DNA of 64,000 bases from Scyliorhinus canicula. Lineage: Eukaryota. The position numbers and the translations under genes are program-made. Where the stretch lies: contig NC_052148.1 in NCBI RefSeq assembly GCF_902713615.1, positions 106,199,098-106,263,097 of the forward strand, in the 5' to 3' direction. The notes under the pieces are model-generated. The model was not told the origin of the DNA. It worked only from the letters and a program-made list of their open reading frames with translations, and ran no database searches. This document shows, piece by piece, positions 22,901-34,900 of this stretch. Within the stretch, counting starts at the first letter, position 1. Every line of letters starts with the position of its first letter.

Positions 22901-25900
22901 TTTAGAAATTTCTTTTGCCTTCTCGTCCGCTCTCCTGTTGCCCGTTTCCACCAGTCCCGTGCCTTTTGTATGTGCTGCGCATTTTATCACCGCTATCTTG
23001 TCTGGGAGCATAAGGGCCTGCAATAACTGTGTTACTAACTGCTGGTGTGAGATGGGTGTACCAGCGGAGGTTAGAAATCCTCTGTTTTTCCATCACCGTC
23101 TTGATCGATGATTGCATAGCCAGATTGTCTATCCCCCCTTTCGCCGACGGAAGAACTTCCATCGGTGAAAAAGGAACAATCTGCACTTGGGAGGGGTATA
23201 TCGGAGAGGTCATCTCGAACCGAGGAGACTTCTTGCAACAGTTGCAGACAGTCATGAGTTGGGTCGCGCATGTCTGTGGGAGGATGCGTCAAAAAGTCAG
23301 CAGGGTTGATAGTGGTGCAGTGGGCAAACTGGACTTTCGGGTTATTAAGGAGAGCAATCTCATATTTGTTCTGACGAGCCATCGTGAGATGCTGAGTCTG
23401 TAGCTGTCCCAAAAGGGCCGTAACAGAATGGGAACTATAGACAGTGATATCTTGTTGGAGGGTAATATTAGCAGCCGATTGCAGGCTGTTGTAGATAGCT
23501 GCAAGAATTTGGGTACAGATAGGATAGCCAAGGGCTACCGGATCGAGTTTAGAGGAGTAGTATGCAACCGGGCGACAGCGGTCGCCGTGGCGTTGGGTCA
23601 GGACAGCTGTGGCGCAGTCGGCAAGGACTGTGCAATAGAGCTGAAAAGGGCGATCAAATAAGGGTCGACCAAGGGCAGGGGCCTGGAGGAGTGCCTCCTT
23701 GAGGCGGTTCTGCTAGTGACTGTTTGTGATCAGCGGGCACTAGGACCCTGCGGAGCCATGCAGTGTCAATTTCAACGCAGCAGTTTCGAAACTGCCCAGC
23801 ACAAATTCTTTATCTGTTTATTCTGAGACCAATGTAGTTCTGAACATACTGAGTTACTCATAATACTGATCACATTCCAGGGGCGGTGGCGGAGGTGGCT
23901 GTGGAGGCTGTGGGGGCTGTGGGGGCTGTGGGGGCTGTGGAGGCTGTGGGGGCTGTGGAGGCTGTGGGGGCTTCTGACGTCCCCCGCAATTGAACAGATG
24001 TTCTTCATCCCCATCGTCCCCCTCCTCCCAACCTTGCTTCGCATTGCTGACCGGCGCCGGGGTAGGAGTAGCATTCTTACGTTTCTTATATTCTTGACAT
24101 TCCCTTTGTAAGACCTCTACTGTTTTAACAATTCCCCCTTCAGTGAGGCCAATACCCAATTTTGAGGCATTTTCCTGCCAGCTAGCCAGTATATATGCAT
24201 CTTTCACTAACTGACAGTATTCCCTCCACAAGGCAATTAATTTCTTTGCGGTGGGTTCTTGATAATACAGAAAAATGTGTCATTTGAAACATGAAAGTCT
24301 GGCAATATCTGGTTTGAGAGGGTACAGGGAAAGATCGCACAAAAGGTTAATAGCAGCTGCAAAGAGCAGGGTTATAAAATGCAGATTCTTGCGCACAAGC
24401 AGGTTTCAGCAGACACACAGGCTTCATGTGGTAAGCTAAAACAATGGCTCACACCTTCATGGAATGTAACTATCTCAGAAAGCATCTGAAAAAGCATGGA
24501 TGAGAGTTTCAATTGCATTAAGTGACGAATGTTTAAAACAGGCAAGTCTTTCAAGTCACAACCAAGTTAAATTTTAGCATACAGCTAAGAGCAAAGTTTC
24601 ACACCTTAATTGAAATAAACTCACTTAGTAAACAGCTGGAAAGAATGGAAGATGCTCAGTCGAATTTAGTGTCAATTTAAGGGGTAAAATTCTACGAACA
24701 TCAAGTTAATTAAAAGAAAATTGGAGATGACCTGGCTACGAGAAACATCATTTAAGTCAAAATCAAAGGCAAAGTTATGAACTGGGGACAATTGGAAAAT
24801 TAAACGATTTGAAATCACAGAAATAAAAGTTAACTATTGAAACGAAAGCATTTTTTTAAAAGCAGATCTGAGAGGAGACGATATGCCCAAAATGAATAAC
24901 GAGTTGTAGTAAGATGTTTACATCAAAGATACTTTTAAACTATCAAAGTGAAACAAGCCCTCTGGAGATCCCCGTACGGGCCACCAAATGTGAATTGCGC
25001 TTTCACGTATCTGATCGTCAGTCCAGAAGTAAAACACTCGAACACGTCAGTAACGAATATTCATTTATTTACGGCCGGGACAAATCTCTAAGCAGTCGGG
25101 TAACTACCTTCGAGAAGTGCCAAAATCCCAGAATAAGGACTGAAGGTTCTGGGGAAACTGAAAGGTCTGAAGGTGGATAAGTCACCTGGACCGGATGGAC
25201 GACACCCCAGGGTTCTAAAGAGATAGCTCAGGAGATTTTGGAGGCGTTTACAATGATCTTGTGTTAAAATGGCAATCAATGGGAAGGTCAGGATCCTGAA
25301 TGCAGCACGGTAGCATTTGTGGATAGCACAATTGTTTCACAGCTCCAGGGTCCCAGGTTCGATTCCGGCTAGGGTCACTGTCTGTGCGGAGTCTGCACAT
25401 CCTCCCCGTGTGTGTGTGGGTGCTCCGGTTTCCTCCCACAGTCCAAAGATGTGCAGGTTAGGTGGATTGGCCATGATAAATTGCCCTTAGAGTCGAAAAT
25501 TGCCCTTAATGTTGGGTGGGGTTATGGGGATAGGGTGGAGGTGTTGACCTTGGGTAGGGTGCTCTTTCCAAGAGCCGGTGCAGACTCGATGGGCCGAATG
25601 GCCTCCTGCACTGTAAATGCTATGATAATGATCTTTCAGGAATCACTGGAGGCAGGAAGGGTCCCAGAGGACTGGAAAGTGGCTAATATAACACCACTGT
25701 TTAAGAAGGGAGGGAGGCAGGAGATGGGAAATTATAGGCCGGTTAGCTGACTTTGGTCATTGGTAACATTTTAGAGTCCGTTATTATAAGATGTGATCGC
25801 GGAGTACTTGGAAGTGCATGATAAAATAGGACTGAGTCAGCACGGCTTTGTCAAAGGGAGGTCATGTCTGACAAATCTGTTAGAGTTCTTTGAGGAAATA

Positions 25901-28900
25901 ACAATGAAATTAGCCAAAGGAGAACCAGTGGACATGATTTATTTAGGTTTCCAGAAGGCCTTTGACGAGGTGCGGCTTGGGAGACTGTTAAATAAGTTAA
26001 GAGCCCATGGTGTTAAGGATAAGATCCTGGCATGGATAGAGGATTGGCTGACTGGCAGAAGGCAGAGAGTGGGGAAAAAGGGGTATTTTTCAGGATGGCA
26101 GCCAGTGACTAGTGGTGTGCCTCAGGGGTCTGCTGGGACCAAGGGCGGAATTCTCCGCAGGGGGCCGAATTCGTAAAGGCTGTCGTGAACTCGGCCGAGG
26201 TTCACGACGGCCTCGGAGCCCGTTCCCCGCACCTAATTCACCCCCACCCGGGGGGCTAGGAGCGGGCCTCCATCTTTCTTGGCAGCGACCTCGTCACGCC
26301 GAGAATGTGAAGTCATCCGCGCAAGCGCGGGTTGCCGGTTCCAACCCGCGCATGCGCGGATGACTTCATCGCGCAGACAGCACGAACCCGTGCATGCGCG
26401 GTGGCCGTCTTTCTCCTCAGCCGCCCGGCAAGACGTGGCGGCTTGATCTTGCCAGGCGGCGGAGGGGAAAGAGTGTGTCCGTTTTGGACGCTGGCCCGAC
26501 TTTCGGTGCGCACCGATCGCGGGCTGTCCCCTTCCAAGCACAGTCGCGGTGTTCCCGTCCAAATCGGTCTCCTAGATGCCCCAAACGGGCATCTGGCGCC
26601 CGTTTCACGAATGCAGCGACCAGGTGTGGTTGCTGCTGTGGTGAAACGGGCGCGAAGGGCCGGCCGCTCGGCCCATCGGGCTCAGAGAATCGCCGTTCGC
26701 CGTGAAAAACGGCGAGTGGCGATTTTTCCGAGCGGTGGGGGGAGAATCGCGGGGGGCGCCAGGGGGGCGTAAAAAATGTCGGGAGGCCCTCCCACGATTC
26801 TCCCACGCCGCGTGGGGAGCGGAGAATTCCGCCCCACAGCTTTTCACAAAATACATGAAGGAACTGAAGGCACTGTTGCTGAGTTTGCAGATGATACAAA
26901 GACCTGTAGAGGGACAGGGAATATTGAGGAAGCAAGGGGGCTGCAGAAGGATTTGGACAGGCAATGAGGTGGCAGATGAAATACAATGTGGAAAAGTGTG
27001 AGGTTATGCACTTTGGAAGGAGCAATTTAGGCATAGACTATTTTCTAAATGGGGAAATGCTTAGGAAATCTTTAAGCCAGAGATGAGGAGGAATTTCTTC
27101 TGCCAGAGAGTGGTAAATCTGTGGAACTCTATGCTGCAGAAAGCTGTGGAGGTCAAATCACTGAGTGTCTTTAAGACAGAGATAGATAGGTTCCGATTAA
27201 TAAGGGATCAGGGGCTAGGGGGGGAAGGCAGGAGAATGGGGATGAGAAAAATATCAGCTGTTACTGAATGGCAAAGCAGACTCGATGGGCCGAGTGGCCT
27301 AATTATGCTTCTATGTCTTATGGCCTTATAATCCCTTAATACCTTTGGCGAACAAAAGTCTGTTGATCTCAGTTCGTAAATTAACAGCATCAATTGCTAT
27401 TTGCAGAAGAGAGTTCCAAACTTCTGTCACCCTTTGCAGGAAGAGGAGTTTCCTAATTTCACGCCTGAAAGGTCTGGCTCTATATTCCTGGGGTATCACC
27501 TAAAGGAGTTGTGGGAGAATGCCAGAAGAGAAGGATGTAATTATACGTGCAGTATAAAGAGGGTAGTAAGTTTTGTAATCGGAAAGAGCTGTGCCCTTTT
27601 GGTTGTAATGTTGTGGGAAGTGGGGAAGAGGTTGAAAGTAGTATCGCGAGGTGCTGTTGAGGAAGGTGAAGTGAAGAGCTGTACTCACCCTTACTGCTCT
27701 TTGGATACCTTCTTGTATTAAATGCAGGTTCTTCTTGTGTTGAACTCAGGTTCTTGGAGTGATGCTGCTACCATTGACCCTGTCAGCCAAATTTATTTAG
27801 GCCTGCATCATCCTGGCGTTAGGAATGCAGACGTGTTTTTTAGGAGAAGTATTGCTTTCTACAGTGGACCTCACTTCCTCCACCTGGACCTCTTATCGAT
27901 CAGAAATGTGAGGTGGGGTGAGGGTAATAGGCTAGCTTAGTCGTGCCAACGACTCTCAAAATTGTAGAATAAAAAATGCAGGCCGAGAATGCAACTTAGC
28001 ATGAAGCTGGCCTCGACTTGAGCTGTAAGATACATGCAGTCAAATGGGTACTACCTAGTTCTGTCACTGATTATAAGGACAGCCCATCCATCAAATTTAA
28101 ACCATCGAGGCCAGAACTATCATCGGGGCTTGTCATCTACCCGATTCCTCCCTGGGTTAAAATTGGGGCTTAAATCTTGAACATTGTTTAATATTTGATT
28201 CCTTGGATTTTCAGCCAAATAGGATTTTTTTCAGCCTATATAATTAAGTGTTTGATTATTAAATTAAAACTAAATTATAAGCTTCAAAGCTGAGGTTTAT
28301 CAAATTAGAGCTCGACTTCCAATGAATAACATAACATTTTCCCAATGGTTAATTGTAGTTACAGTCACTACCATGACTGACACATCGTCCATACCTCGGA
28401 GTTGCTCCTCATGTATTCTCTCTTTTTTTAAATGTATTTTATTCTAAACAAGGGCAGCACGGTAGCATGGTGGTTAGCATAAATGCTTCACAGCTCCAGG
28501 GTCCCAGGTTCGGTTCCCGGCTGGGTCATTGTCTGTGCGGAGTCTGCACGTCCTCCCCGTGTGTGCGTGGGTTTCCTCCGGGTGCTCCGGTTTCCTCCCA
28601 CAGTCCAAAGATGTGCGGGTTAGGTGGATTGGCCATGCTAAATTGCCCGTAGTGTCCTAATAAAAGTAAGGTTAAGGGGGGGGGTTGTTGGGTTATGGGT
28701 ATAGGGTGGATACGTGGGTTTGAGTAGATCATTGCTCGGCACAACATCGAGGGCCGAAGGGCCTGTTCTGTGCTGTACTGTTCTATGTTCTATGTTCTAA
28801 GTATCAAAACAGGTTACAGTGTTATGGGCCAGGGTTTAGAGAACCCCAAAGTGTAACATGGAGTTCACCTGACCCTTTACTAGATTGTGGTATGGGGAGC

Positions 28901-31900
28901 ACACGGCCCACTCTACAGGTGTGGTACAGCAGAAATAGAAAAGTATTTTTTAAAGCAAAATATTTATTCAATGAACTCAAGTTAACCTTTTTAAAACATA
29001 TAGTGAACATCTTAGCAACCATTAATTCAAATACAACCCCCAAAGAATACACCACTAAGTAAACCTTTAAGCTTTTCTTTTTAACATCCATACGACTTAA
29101 AAACAAAACCTTTATCAGAAGCACATCAGGTTAATGTCACTATTGAAAAACATTTATAATTCTGAATTCACCAAATGATCAAGGGATAGTCTTTTCATGG
29201 TCGAGAGAACAGCAGTACACCTGCTCGGTCTGGCTTCAGCTCTAACACTGAAAACGAAACTAAAACACACCCTGCAGCCTGCTCAAAAATCAAAGTAAAA
29301 AACTGACAGACAGTCCAGCACCACCCACACTCATTGCAGTAATAAACACCCATTTCTGAAAGGGACTCTCACTACAAATATTTATATACACACCCATTTA
29401 TAAACGCTTAAAGATACACTCACATGACAACAGCAAAATAAGCAGAATCATACTTCCCAACAATCAACTATACAGTCTCCCCATGTATTCTCAGAGAGTA
29501 ATGATGTGTGAATTGATGAGTCAGTGGTTTTGGTGATTTTTGTGTTGACACATTTTGTCTATCTTTGATATGATAAAGCAAATCTCATCAGTGTATATAG
29601 ATATAAGCTTATTTGTATATTTCTAAAAAACATTTTTTTATTTTTCCAATTAAGGGGCAATTTAGGGGCGACTGTCCGAAGGCTGTCAGCTGCCAAGTGT
29701 CGGGAGCGGAGGGTGCACATGAGGCTCTCTGCAGTGGGGTGCAGGGCTCACTCGTGCCTGACACTGTTGCCCCTCACCCCCTCTGGGGGACTCCCGGAAT
29801 CTGGCACATCATAATTGAAGGTTCTTTTGTTTTCCTGCTTCTGTAGATAGTTCAGGCAATGCCCTATTAGGTCCCCTTCCACCAACACGCCGACTCCCTT
29901 CCTCCCCAACACCCCCCTTCCTTTCCCTTCTGTTGGTACAGAGGCGAGTGTATCTGGTCTCTACAGCACAAAGTTTAGTACTTGTACCATCTGCTTTTTG
30001 TAGAAACGTGTTATGAACTGTTTTAATAATCAGAGTATCCACACACACCCCCCCCCCCCCCCCCCCCCCCTCCGGGTTGGTACTGAGGGAGGGTACCCTG
30101 TTTCTCCGACACAAAATTAATGTTTGTACCGTTTGGTCTTGTATATATTTTTTTACCGTTTTAATAAAAAGATATGGCCAATCCACGTACCCTGCACATC
30201 TTTGGGTTGTGGGGGCGAGAGCCACGCAGACACGGGGAGAATATACAAACTCCGAATGGACAGTGTCCCAGGGCCAGGATCTAACCCGGGCCCACAGTGG
30301 CGTGAGGCAGCACCACCGTGCCATCCTCTTGTGTATTTCTAATGTTAAAGTTAAATGTTTTGATCAGCATGAATATGCTACTTACCATAAAGATTTTTAA
30401 TTCTAGAAACTGCCATGGATAAGAAGGTCTATGCTCAGAGTAAAAGTGACTCGGAATATATACATGCAATTTACAAGTGAGTTCCTTTTATTCCATGAGT
30501 CGTTTTTTCCTGTTTATCATTTATGTTGTCTATGTCATCTGATGTGAGGTAGGAGATGATCCTTCATAATAAAGTTCCATTCAGAAGAATTGAGTGGTGG
30601 CAGGATAATCCATATATTTCTGCCATTAATGTTAATTATTCTACTTTCCATTGCTTTTAATTTGATCTTTTGAGAACAACCTGTTCCAAATTCAATGATA
30701 GTTTAAAGAAATAAATGGCCTCATTTTACTGGGTGAAAAGTAGATTTAAGGACTGACAGTTACTGATGATTATTTGTTGTATTTTCACAGTGCAGATAGA
30801 GATTATTATCGATATTTTCTTTCCATCTTCTGCAGATATTAGCTATAAATGGGTAAAAATCAACTTCCTCAGAGAGTGCAGATGTGGGGTGGATTTTAAC
30901 TCTACCTACCTGACTTCCACCAGGTAGCGAGCAGTTCATTTGGTGGCTAGGCCCCCCAGGACGTTTTATTTGCGTGCTTTGCATTGAATTTCATTTTAAC
31001 TTGTAAAAAGATCGAAAACGAGAGGGCACAGATTTAAAGTGATTTGCAAAAGGAGCTAAATGTGTGTGAGAAAAAACTTTTCACACAACTCGTGGTTCGG
31101 GTCTGGAATGCACCACCTAGAAATGTGGTGGAGCCAGGTTCAATCGAAGCATTCAGGTGGCCATTAGATAATTACTTGAATAGAAACAATTTACAGGGGT
31201 ACGGGGAAAAGGCAGGGGGCTAGCACTAAGTCATGATGCTCGTTGGGAGAACTGGTGCCGACACGGTGTGACAAATGGCTTCTTCCTGCACTGGAACAGT
31301 TCTGTGATCAGAACAACACCCTATGTAAGCCAGCGAGGTCATTCTTTTTAACATGAAGATTGAGGTCCAACGATGTCAACAAACTTTAAGTGCAATTTTT
31401 ATTGTGCAGGAGTGGGGAAGCTGGTCAGAAGATCAGGACCATAGGGGCTCTTGGGCTTTGTAGATAGCAAGCAGATCTTGAAAGGCCAGTAGGTGAGTCA
31501 CGCGTTGCAGAGTACCAAGACCTCCCCTGCTGTTATAGCCACAATGCTAATATGAATGATTTAGATAAGCTTCCGGTGAGGTGACCACCAATTTGGTCAA
31601 TGGGGAATGTGTTTGCATTGCCAAGTGTAAAATACTACCTGCCACCTGTGAGCCAAGCTTGAATATCGTTCAAGCCCTGCTGTCGGCCAGTGTAAAACAG
31701 AAGTCTTCTTTTGCAGTTGTGAATAAGTGAGTCGAGTAGAGCTTGAGTAAGCTGTATTGAAGATAATGATTTCTCTTTGATTAGGATGAGTGATTTGGTT
31801 CACCGCAGACAGAAGATGCCTTGGTTTTGGCCTGACTTTCTGTTCAACACATTTGGGGAAGGAAGGGAACATGACAAAGCTCTCAAAATCTTGCACACCT

Positions 31901-34900
31901 TCACAGAAAAGGTAGATTTATAGCCCTTTTGTAACACCGATACATAAAAGGTTGGAAGCCATCAGCAAGTGAGGCAGTGACTGTGGAGCGATCAGAGGAA
32001 CCAACATTTTGAGTATAAAAGCTGGAATATATATAGATGAGGACTGTTTAAATATTACTGTTACCGTTTTGCGATATGCTGCAGTTTTAACAATGGGGTT
32101 GCACTCACAATGTTAATTCTTGCTCTTCACAGATGCTGCCGCACCAGCTGGGGGTTTCCAACATTTTGTGTTTTTTCAGATAGCTAGGATTTGCCGTTGC
32201 TTTTTTGATTGCTTTCTTTGTTTTTGTTAAGTTAGCAAATGAACTGAAAAGGAAGGAAAAGGCAGTTAATAAAATATAAACATTTCATAAACATATAAAG
32301 AGCGAGTCAGACTGTAGAGGTACTGAAAACATTTATTGGCATCCATAGAATCCCGACAGTGCGGAAAGAGGCCATTCAGCCCATCAGCCACTGACCCCCC
32401 AAAAGAGCACTCTCCCTGGGTCCACTCCCCAGTCCTAGCCCCGTAACCCAACTTAACCTGCACCTGTTTAGACACTAAGGGGCAATTTAGCATACCCAAT
32501 TCACCTAACCTGCACATCTTCGGACTGTGGATGGAAACCGGAGTACCCGGACGAAACCCATGCAGACACGGGGAGAACGTGCAAATTCGACACAGACAGT
32601 CACCCAAGATCAGAATTGAACCTGGGTCCCTGGAACTGTGAGACAGCAGTGCTAATCACTGTGCCACCGCGCATGTGAGCATTAAAAGTGCTAACGTTAA
32701 TAGACTAAGATTTATTTCAAAACAACGGGGAGTTTGTTGCTTGTGGATGCCTTGGCTTTTGACGATAATTAATTCTCGGCCTGCATACATTGCTTTTAGG
32801 CTCCCAATTAATTGCCTGAATTCTGCGGTCAGCAATGAAGCAAGGGTGCTTGTCGCTCACCCTGAAGAAAGTCTCGCTGAGAGAATTAACGATCTCCGTG
32901 TGGAGAATTTTGCCTGTCTCGCTGGTGGTGGACTGTAGTAATCATTTAATAATGCAGCTCCATGTGGAGCAGCAATGATGTCAACGATCAGCCAGTCTCT
33001 TGAAAGGATTCTCAGAGGCTGCCAACCAAGAAATTAAAAGCACTCAAATCACTTAATTTTTTTTTTACATAAAGTAAAATAAAGACTGGGATTTGCACAT
33101 TGGCGAAAAGCTGCTATTTGGAAGCAGTAGGAAGACCGGCTGGGTCTTGGGATTTGTGAGAACTACAACAATTATTATCCATTCCAATCACTTGGCCAGG
33201 CTACTTCACAGCAAGTTAATTTGTTGTTTCTTATTAGGTGATTGCTGAGAGGTTTTACAAAACAGGAAATTCTGAGGAAGTTAACCATTCTGATTCGGAC
33301 TCCAATTCATCGAGGAAAAAGAAGCGCAGGGCCTTTCTTGACCTGATACTCAACGCGACTGATGAAAGTGGGAAGAAGCTGAGTCTGCAGGACATAAGAG
33401 AAGAAGTGGACACATTCATGTTTGAGGTAAGATTCAGGGCGGGATTTTCCAGCCGTTCCTGCCGGTGGAATCTTCCAGTCCCGTCGAAGTATTACATAAA
33501 ATAATGATACAAGGGTTGAAATTATTTGCTAGTGTATGGACCGATAACATATTTGGATAATATTCTCCAGTCCATTTTTAATGGAGATGTTAACTCAGTT
33601 AAATTAGTTGGCTAGCATCTCCATGAAAATAGTGCATCCAGTCATATATTTATCTGTTGATATTGTCCACTGCAATTTCCAGGCTGTAAATGGCATTAAT
33701 ATTGTTTTAAAACACACTGAAAGGGCATTTACATTATTGTATTTGCAGATTGGTTTAATAGCTTCATTGCGGAGAGGCAAAGGAAATTTAATTTACAATC
33801 TTTCAAAAAAACATCAGCTAGGACTTTTCCGATGATGGGGTTTCACACCCCACCATAGTAACATTCTCTTTGGGTTAGAGAAACGGAGGTGGCAAGAGAT
33901 AATAACCTTTATTATTGCCACCAGTAGGCTTACATTAACACTGCAATGAAGTTACTGTGAAAAGCCCCTGGTCGCCAAATTCCGGCACCTGTTCGGGTAC
34001 ACGGAGACACAGGGAGAATGTGCAGACTACGCACAGACAGTGACCCAAGCCGGGAATCGAACCCGGGACCCTGGTGCTGTGCAACAGTGCCAACCAATGT
34101 TCTACCGTGCCGCCCGTACAGGTTTTACAAACAGGAATACAGGTGGAGTAAAACCTGAAGGGAACATTGAATTCTGGATTTTATATGGGTGGTCAAGGAA
34201 TACATGTGCTGAAGACCTATCACAGGCTATTAGTTAAACCACAGTTAGATTAGCGTGTGCAGGTTATCGATAAATCATGAAGCCTCAGAAAAGGTTCAGT
34301 GCAGATTTGCTAGAAACTATCTGCTCCAATGGATACAATTCTAACTGTTCCAATCTCTTGCCACAATTTTTTGAAAGCCATGCAACAACCTCAACTGTAT
34401 TTACTAAAGAAAGTTCAAGAGGAGCTAATAGAAGTGTCTGACGTTTTTGCACTGGTTTGAAAGGGTAAATTGTGATTGATGATTCTTGCTGGGTATTGAA
34501 TAAACAACAGGCGGACATACATTTACAAGAATACAAGAAAAGGAAAGGATTACTGGAAAGTGAAATGTATGACCTCAAATTCTGTGAAGTGAAACATTAG
34601 ATAAAGACCTTAGTGTGAATGAGAGAGCAAGCTAATGATGTTACAATAGATAGGTCCATAGGAGGGGATAGGCCCTGGCACAATGGGCTGAACGGCATGT
34701 GACTGTGATTCCTTTTGAAGGATGCTGTCTGAAGCTGAGTGTATGAATTTTGAAAATTATTGCCGTGTGATGGATCAGTGCTGATTGTTTCTTCATCTCC
34801 GGTGAATCCAGCTTATGAATAGGAGGCTGGAGGTTGGGAGCACATCTGGCTAAACTTGCTAAAACATGACAGAAAATAATAAATTTGGTATCTAGTCTTG

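Larger units (their letters stand above)
19931..25142 (-). mobile_element. Defective class I (gamma/epsilon-like) endogenous retrovirus, antisense in CYP4V intron 4
   Basis: In order on the minus strand: 5' LTR remnant 24989-25142, PBS, gag fragment, pol tether/RNase H/integrase, env remnants, PPT, complete 3' LTR 19931-20712. Confidence 0.95.
19615..27330 (+). mobile_element. CR1 LINE split by ERV, SINE and MITE insertions (pieces 19615-19930, 25143-25260, 25627-26142, 26835-27330)
   Basis: Colinear CR1 ORF2 motifs across the pieces: [48 protein letters not shown], then the tail. Confidence 0.88.

Noticed and set aside
24989-25142. ERV as a LINE-processed pseudogene (R-U5-only 5' end)
   Set aside because: The 3' LTR is complete through U5 with no poly(A), and the break lies at the TATA box rather than at a cap site; a deletion fits better.
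26233-27034. Multiple overlapping 100-200 aa ORFs (also 16331-17057, 9019-9597)
   Set aside because: GC-rich MITE interiors with no protein motifs.
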